From the NCBI GenBank assembly GCA_046582655.1, contig JAYGDX010000316.1, positions 1 through 20,709 of the forward strand: a stretch of DNA of 20,709 nucleotides. The letters run 5' to 3'. This DNA comes from Candidatus Poribacteria bacterium (GTDB lineage: Bacteria; Poribacteria; WGA-4E; UBA9662). Below are positions 15,806-20,709 of the stretch, piece by piece; positions within the stretch are counted from its first letter, which is position 1, and the number at the start of each line of letters is the position of its first letter. The position numbers and the translations under genes are program-made. The notes under the pieces were generated by a model. The model saw only the letters and a list, made by a program, of their open reading frames with translations. It was not told where the DNA came from and searched no databases.

Positions 15806-18282
15806 AATTTTTCTCCTAGTTCGGTTTTCGCTAGACCTCGCCTCAACCGAAACGGGTCGCTTTTGACAATTGCGGTTATGAGTGCAAGGAATTGGTAATT
15901 TTGAGTTTCAAGGTTACTAACAACACGTTCGATAGTCGGACGATCGTAGTAATCCAACCCTCTACCTAAAGCGTAGGTCAACATTTTCTCGGTTAAACAA
16001 CGCACAAATTGCGTTTTTCGCTCTATCAGAATCTTCTTTAGGTCTGCAATGCCATCAAATGAAGTACCATCTGAAAACTGACCAGAAGCATCAATTTTAA
16101 AATCACCATCCTTATAACGGTAAGCACCAACTGCATTGTAATTCTCGAGTGCAAAACCGATGGGATCCATCTTGGCATGACAGTTGGCGCAAGCTGGATC
16201 TTGGCGGTGCTGTTCCAAGCGCTGGCGGAGTGTGTTTCTAACGATTTTCTCGTGGTCTTCCTCTAATTCTGGCACACCGGAAGGAGGAGGGGATAGTGGT
16301 GTGCCCAAAATCTGCTCCAGCACCCAACGTCCTCTTTTGACGGGTGAAGTCCGAGTAGGGTTAGAGGTTACAGTCAACACGCTAGCTTGGGTGAGTATGC
16401 CACCACGAGAACTGCCCTGCAATCTGACACGACGGAACTCACGTCCTTTAATAGGCTTTCCTCCTAATATTTCAACGGGCTGTCCAATCCAATTCCCTTC
16501 GGTGTCTTTGATTCCATAGTGGTTGGCTAAAGATTGATTGAGAAAAGTATAATCAGCATCGAGTAGATCAAGGATGCTTCGATTCTGATTGACAATCGAA
16601 GCCAAAAACAGCTCTGTTTCCTTCAACATAGCTGAACGCAGTTTCTGATTGAAAGCAGGGAACTGATTTGGGTCAGGTGCCACCGCTATCAATCGTTGGA
16701 TTTGCAACCATTGAAATCCGAAGTTACGGACCAGTTCGTTCGCTTTGGGGTCGACTAGCATCCGCTTGACCTGCGACTTCAGATTGACTGTGAGTCGATT
16801 CTTTTCTGCCAGATTAAGTAGCTCATCATCTGGCAGGGTACTCCACAGGAAGTAGGACAAGCGTGATGCCAGTTGGAATTCATCGACAGGTCGAGGTTCA
16901 GGGCTTTGTGGACGATCATCTAATTCCAATCGGAACAGAAATTTAGGCGAACACAACATTGCTTTGATGGCTTGTTGGATAGCCGCTTCCCACTTCTGAC
17001 CATTGTTTTGGATTGATTCCACAAGACTGGCCATTCGTTCTAGCTCCTGTTGGCTAGGTGGACGACGATACCCACGGCGAAGCAAACGGGATAGAACTTC
17101 GCGTGTTTGATCGCTCTGTGATTTATCTGGAGAACAGGCCAAAATTTTGAGTTGAGTGGCAGGCCGGGTGTCTAGTGGCCCTTCTGACCACAAGTTACGA
17201 ATTTGCAATCTTGCCGATGGTGATTCCTTTTCTGGGCTTACCATGGCAAGCCCAACTTTTTCGATATTTTCCATTCGGTTGACCCTGACTTCGATGGTTT
17301 GTGGTTTCTTCGAGTCACGAGCATTAATTTCAAAGATCTTCAGAATCTTGATCTTACTGTTCTCTGACTTGAAGTCAATGGCTATCAACCGTGATATCTC
17401 GTCAATGCTAGATGTATCTTCTAGTGCCTTCCCTTGCACAAAAAGAGCCACTTGTACTGGAGTTGGGTTATCAGATTCGGCATACAGCGTAGCGCGCAGG
17501 ATAACCTCAGCATCAGCCAAGAGTTTGAAGTATCGACCGTCGTAGGTAAAAGGGCCTGACTTCCATGGTTCTTTAGCCGTTGGATCCAACAAACGATAAC
17601 GTCCTTCTGGAATTCCTTCATCGTTACGTGGATTGAGCGAACGTCCGTTGCGATAGCGCTTGGAGGGTGGTGGTGGATCAACTAGAATCACACGATGGGC
17701 AATAGCTTCGGCTGCATCTAAGTACCGTTCCATCAGCAGTGGCGACATCATCAGTACATCACCGATATTATCAAATCCATAACCGATGTTGTCAGCGGGA
17801 AAGCTCTCAGTTGGGTCAAAGTCAACGCCCAGCCAATCGCGAACTGTGTTTCGATATTCGATCTTGTTAAGCCGGCGTACTGTCAACCTACCTGGGTCAG
17901 GTTTGGCATTTTGATCAATGAGATCAAAAATGGCCTTCATATTTTTGATGAGAGTCTCTATCTCTTCTGCCAAAGGCAGGTGGCTATCTGGTGGTGGCAT
18001 CTGCCTCGTAGCGATCATCTCCAAGATTCTACTCCAAACCTGACGTTCCTTGATCAGTGAATCGTTGTCTGGAAACAGATCAAGCGCGAGACCAGCAGTT
18101 GGTTGGTCTCCACTATGACAACCAAAGCAATATTGTTTCAGAAATGGTAGCCCATCTTCTGAAAAGTCAGGTACATCCTCAGCCACCAAATTGAAAGAGA
18201 GAACAATCAAAGTTACGACAAGGCTAAACAGCAACTTTTTACGATTGAAAATCATAGTGGTTATCATTGCTCGAAGTGTCAT
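15802..18282 (-). CDS. DUF1592/DUF1588/DUF1587/DUF1595/DUF1585 planctomycete-type cytochrome c domain protein
   Basis: Signal-peptide-like N-terminus, YCFGCH...MPP, RRLN..EY.NT, GFDN, YRRP, SPKFLFR, LASRLSYFLWS..PD, RGGILTQ, TSPVKRG.W, CANCH..MDP.GF, YALGR. The ORF is open to 18342, but TGATATAAT at 18311-18319 suggests a start at 18282, 18267 or 18255. Confidence 0.93.
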   Translation of the reverse strand: MTLRAMITTMIFNRKKLLFSLVVTLIVLSFNLVAEDVPDFSEDGLPFLKQYCFGCHSGDQPTAGLALDLFPDNDSLIKERQVWSRILEMIATRQMPPPDSHLPLAEEIETLIKNMKAIFDLIDQNAKPDPGRLTVRRLNKIEYRNTVRDWLGVDFDPTESFPADNIGYGFDNIGDVLMMSPLLMERYLDAAEAIAHRVILVDPPPPSKRYRNGRSLNPRNDEGIPEGRYRLLDPTAKEPWKSGPFTYDGRYFKLLADAEVILRATLYAESDNPTPVQVALFVQGKALEDTSSIDEISRLIAIDFKSENSKIKILKIFEINARDSKKPQTIEVRVNRMENIEKVGLAMVSPEKESPSARLQIRNLWSEGPLDTRPATQLKILACSPDKSQSDQTREVLSRLLRRGYRRPPSQQELERMASLVESIQNNGQKWEAAIQQAIKAMLCSPKFLFRLELDDRPQSPEPRPVDEFQLASRLSYFLWSTLPDDELLNLAEKNRLTVNLKSQVKRMLVDPKANELVRNFGFQWLQIQRLIAVAPDPNQFPAFNQKLRSAMLKETELFLASIVNQNRSILDLLDADYTFLNQSLANHYGIKDTEGNWIGQPVEILGGKPIKGREFRRVRLQGSSRGGILTQASVLTVTSNPTRTSPVKRGRWVLEQILGTPLSPPPSGVPELEEDHEKIVRNTLRQRLEQHRQDPACANCHAKMDPIGFALENYNAVGAYRYKDGDFKIDASGQFSDGTSFDGIADLKKILIERKTQFVRCLTEKMLTYALGRGLDYYDRPTIERVVSNLETQNYQFLALITAIVKSDPFRLRRGLAKTELGEKL

Positions 18283-18419
18283 TGAATTAGTGTCAAAAAG
18301 GCTAGCATTCATTATATCACCATTTTTATGCAAGTCACACATGAAATAGGACGGAATAAGTGAAACTTATAAATAGGGGAATGGACTTTCATGTTCAGCA
18401 ATAACTGATGATCCCACAA

Positions 18420-18745
18420 GAGGAGACTACTGTGATGAAAGGTGCGCAAGAATTCTGATGAAGGCTCACTTCATAAATCAGATTCTCAGTAGAAGGCTTT
18501 ATCTCAAGAGCGGCAGGGTCTTCTATGGCAAGTCGTTGCTTGAGCCAGCATAGCAGTAGTAAACTGTGCCAGTATCTAGTGTTTCTCCAGATTGGTTGCG
18601 TGGGATGCAAACTTGTGTGAATGACTGTGATACTTCAATGTTCTGTGTTTGGCTGGTTAGAATAGGTTTTCTCGTTCTGCAACACTAAAACCCACAGTAG
18701 TGTGCCTGATCACCAATAGAAAAAACACTTTTTAACAATACTGGT
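18420..18745 (-). pseudogene. Possible eroded 5' part of a secreted protein gene (acetylxylan-esterase-like N-terminus suspected)
   Basis: Signal-like KVFFLLVI..., then RTLKYHSHSHKFASHATNLEKH*...MLAQAT and YEVSLHQNSCAPFITV. Resemblance is loose. Confidence 0.2.
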
Positions 18746-18798
18746 CACGGTAGACTTCGGCTTGGCAAAGGTCAATGTTTCTTCAGTGACTTTAATCA

Positions 18799-19830
18799 TT
18801 ATTCAGCGGGTAGCCTTTGATTGGGCCAACCATCACAGTGGACGCGGATGATACGACCAGGACGGTAACCTTCCAGCAATTCAGCGAATCTCAGGCGGAG
18901 TTGGTGGCTGCTACTGCCCGGCGGTGGATCCTTGACCTCCTTCCATTCGACAACTTGGCCGTTTTTCTTGTCATTGTTGTGCCACCAGGTGCGTAAGGTC
19001 TTCTCAGCGGTGACGACGCCGAAATCTTCCCCCTTTTTTGCCTTGAACTCTTCATAAAGCGACGAGTCTATCCCATCGAACAGCGTAATGGTGACATTGC
19101 CTCCGCCGAAGTTTTCATGCTCGACCTTATCGATCCAGCCAGCAAGCCAGTGGTAGTGCTGGTAGCGGATGTGGCGCCGCCGCTGAAGTTCGGTGGCGAT
19201 CTCTCTGCTGTCCTCGTCGAGCCAAATGTCCAAAATGCAATACTCCCTGTCACGCCAACCTGGAGCTCAGGTAAAATTTAGCTGAACGATTTGTTCCGGA
19301 ATAATGTCCTGCAACTCAACGGGCTTACGCTCTTTCCAGACCCGCGTGGACTGATCAATTTCGAACGTATATTTACCGTTGATTCCGTCCTCCGCTACTT
19401 GTCCGGTTGAGACGACGTGAAGTTTCCCTCGCTGAGTGACGTCCCCAGGTGCCACGATACCAAGAGCTTCGTCAATAGTCCAGCAGGAGGGAGCGTCAAT
19501 GGACACAATTTTCCACGCCTGACCACAGCGCTGGTAGAAACTGAAGTCGTCTTCCAGTGAGATGGCATGATTGTATTTAGGAACGTATCTTAACTTGCCA
19601 GTAGCAGAACCATATGGCCTGGGAGGCGGAATCGTTTCTTCTTCTCCAACTGACAGTACATAGAAGTAACCGTGCAGGTGCGTGCCGATGGGGATGTCTC
19701 GCAGTTCTGCTGGTGCACCGTTGTACCAGATCATCCCATATGGAAGCATGGCGAACTGGTGGATTGGTGCCGTATGATAACGACCGTCATCTCCATCTCC
19801 ATCCAAGCGCAGTCCACCACTTAATTCATA
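18799..19830 (-). pseudogene. Planctomycete-type conserved hypothetical protein: 5'-truncated, with an in-frame TGA at 19267-19269
   Basis: ORFs 19267..19806 and 18799..19233 share one frame: ...QLNFT*APGWRDREYCILDIWLD.... The upstream frame GGLRLDGDGDD has no proper start or RBS. The 3' end reads LPAE**LKSL. Confidence 0.75.
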
Positions 19831-19834
19831 ATCA

Positions 19835-20200
19835 CCTGTTAACCGTTTTCAGAGATAGTTTGTTATGCCAACACAGTTTGATTTGATTTCAACTACCTTT
19901 GTTATATTCGGCGTTTACGTAACAATGTTGTTGACCTTCTTACGTTGGAGATTCTTTTGGTGGCCGTTGTTTCCAATCGGTTATGCTGTTTCAGGTAGTT
20001 ACACAATGAATATCTTTTGGTTGTCTTTCTTACTCGGATGGGTGTTTAAAAGAATACTAGTTAAACAAGGTGGGTTGAAAACCTATAGGCAAATAACACC
20101 ACTGTTCTTTGGACTAATTTTGGGTGAATTTATCATGGGCAGCTTGCGGAGTGTACTATCTATCGTGTTTCAGCGTCCAATGTACGACTTTATCAACTAA
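19835..20200 (+). pseudogene. C-terminal DUF6784-like membrane domain fragment (DUF6785/DUF6784 OPT-like membrane protein), 5'-truncated
   Basis: LRWRFFWWPLFPIGY, WLSFLLGWVFK..LVK.GGLKTYR...PLFFGLILGEF. The frame continues upstream of ATG 19865 as SPVNRFQR*FV. The residual ORF 19865..20200 is 111 aa. Confidence 0.7.
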
Positions 20201-20353
20201 GAGACTGAGATTTATGTTTCCAATTTACCCTGAAAAACTGCCTCAAGACTATGGTTAGATACTGTTCCCGTACCTGAAAGTTATCGCCAGTTGGGTCATC
20301 TTAGGTAATAGCGTATTGCAACTGCGATGTTCCAGAGTAAGGGGATTCCTTAA

Positions 20354-20709
20354 CTATGCCAACTTGATGCGTTTGATCACACGATCTATGACCCACAGAC
20401 CAACGATTGTATCTCTTTGCGCATTAAAAGAATGTCGGGAAAACATAGACTCTATATATGGCAAATGTTCTCGACCATAACAGGAGGAGTTTTTCAATGC
20501 AGCCTGTAAATCGGGGATCAGGGATTTCATTTTCGACAATTGTTCTCGATCATAATAGGATAGGTTAGCGGCCGCCCGGAATCGCGCCCAGAGAAGATCG
20601 CTTTGCAGAGCGTTACGTAGGGCTGATATGGTTTTGTCTGCCTGTCCTATTCGCCCTAGAGCATCCGCGGCGGCTAGGCTGACGCTGATGGATTCGTCTT
20701 GTAGCAAAT
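20354..20709 (-). CDS. C-terminal part of a HEAT-repeat-containing protein (begins outside the window; such tails often follow sulfatase domains)
   Basis: LLQDESISVSLAAADALGRIG and ALQSDLLWARFRAAANL are HEAT/PBS-like units. The frame is open to the window edge. Confidence 0.75.
   Translation of the reverse strand, partial: LLQDESISVSLAAADALGRIGQADKTISALRNALQSDLLWARFRAAANLSYYDREQLSKMKSLIPDLQAALKNSSCYGREHLPYIESMFSRHSFNAQRDTIVGLWVIDRVIKRIKLA

Noticed and set aside
19267..19269. Selenocysteine or TGA=Trp recoding at the in-frame TGA
   Set aside because: Intact genes here end in TGA (4525, 14435, 15802), the context is not a redox Cys motif, and the same gene is also truncated at both ends.
77..19886. 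Remaining short ORFs of the six-frame track nested in or antisense to the called genes
   Set aside because: They are overlapped by well-supported genes and lack recognisable motifs.
20214..20353. Gene head MFPIYPEKLPQDYG* after the DUF6784-like fragment
   Set aside because: Too short to assign. It may be another relic but is unsupported.

Overview
Bacterial chromosomal window, most likely from Candidatus Poribacteria: a decayed LamG gene ends in a Poribacteria-type 'AV.P..KL.TTW..LK' tail, and DUF6784, PhyH, Gfo/Idh/MocA and DUF1592/DUF1552 genes fit that lineage. Ten complete genes are present: a Zn-dependent MDR dehydrogenase and an IorA-like ThDP/Fe-S protein (probable operon), two Gfo/Idh/MocA oxidoreductases, a PhyH dioxygenase, an FAD-dependent oxidoreductase, a GGT-family Ntn hydrolase, an APH-like phosphotransferase, and the translationally coupled DUF1592 (cytochrome c) and DUF1552 pair. 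The 3' end of a HEAT-repeat gene closes the window. Most long spacers are relics of decayed genes (LamG, WD40, SDR, DUF6784, a planctomycete-type hypothetical and others). The best candidate for an undescribed system is the IorA-like protein, which lacks the ferredoxin domain and a neighbouring IorB and is paired with an MDR lacking its structural zinc loop. An orphan promoter with a structured transcript and a Cys-rich small ORF at about 13.6-13.9 kb is a weaker candidate. I saw no CRISPR array, tRNA, rRNA or intact mobile element. All family calls come from motif recognition by eye; no searches were run.
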